Of a DNA stretch of 64,000 bases, positions 63,901 to 64,000 are shown in pieces. The DNA comes from Camelus ferus. Taxonomy: Eukaryota. Under the pieces are notes generated by a model, which was given only the letters and a program-made list of their open reading frames with translations, made no database searches and was not told the origin of the DNA. Every line of letters begins with the position of its first letter. Within the stretch, counting starts at the first letter, position 1. The translations under genes were made by a program, and so were the position numbers. The stretch spans positions 63,862,001 to 63,926,000 of the forward strand of contig NC_045697.1 of assembly GCF_009834535.1 (NCBI RefSeq). The letters run 5' to 3'.

Positions 63901-64000
63901 GTTAATTCTTCAAACTTCTCTAACCATTTCTTTCTCTCTTTCTCTCTGTCTCTGTCTCTCTTTCTCTCTTTTTTCCGCTAATCCTTTCTCTTAATGTTAC

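Noticed and set aside
1..64000. CRISPR arrays, operons, rRNA or CpG-island promoter
   Set aside because: Mammalian repeat-rich, CpG-depleted DNA with no spaced direct-repeat array or CpG island.

Overview
AT-rich mammalian DNA, most likely camelid: it carries a vic-1-like tRNA-derived SINE at 10701 and matching young L1 3' tails. There is no intact protein-coding gene, and most listed ORFs are chance or repeat-derived. Much of the window is interspersed repeat (L1, L2, MIR, MaLR/ERVL LTRs, seven ERV1-type LTRs, MER5, MER47/Tigger). The main observation is a + strand chain of about 25 AG/GT-bounded exon remnants from 451 to ~63900. Translated in order, they are colinear with a dynein heavy chain from the tail end through linker, AAA1 and AAA2 to the start of AAA3, with several ungapped matches to cytoplasmic dynein-1 heavy chain. 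The chain has many stops and frameshifts and degenerate Walker A motifs. I interpret it as an intron-containing pseudogene of a very divergent dynein heavy-chain paralog that runs off both ends of the window. All protein alignments were made by eye against recalled dynein sequences and need HMM/tBLASTn confirmation. Repeat names and boundaries are from recalled consensus similarity and are approximate.
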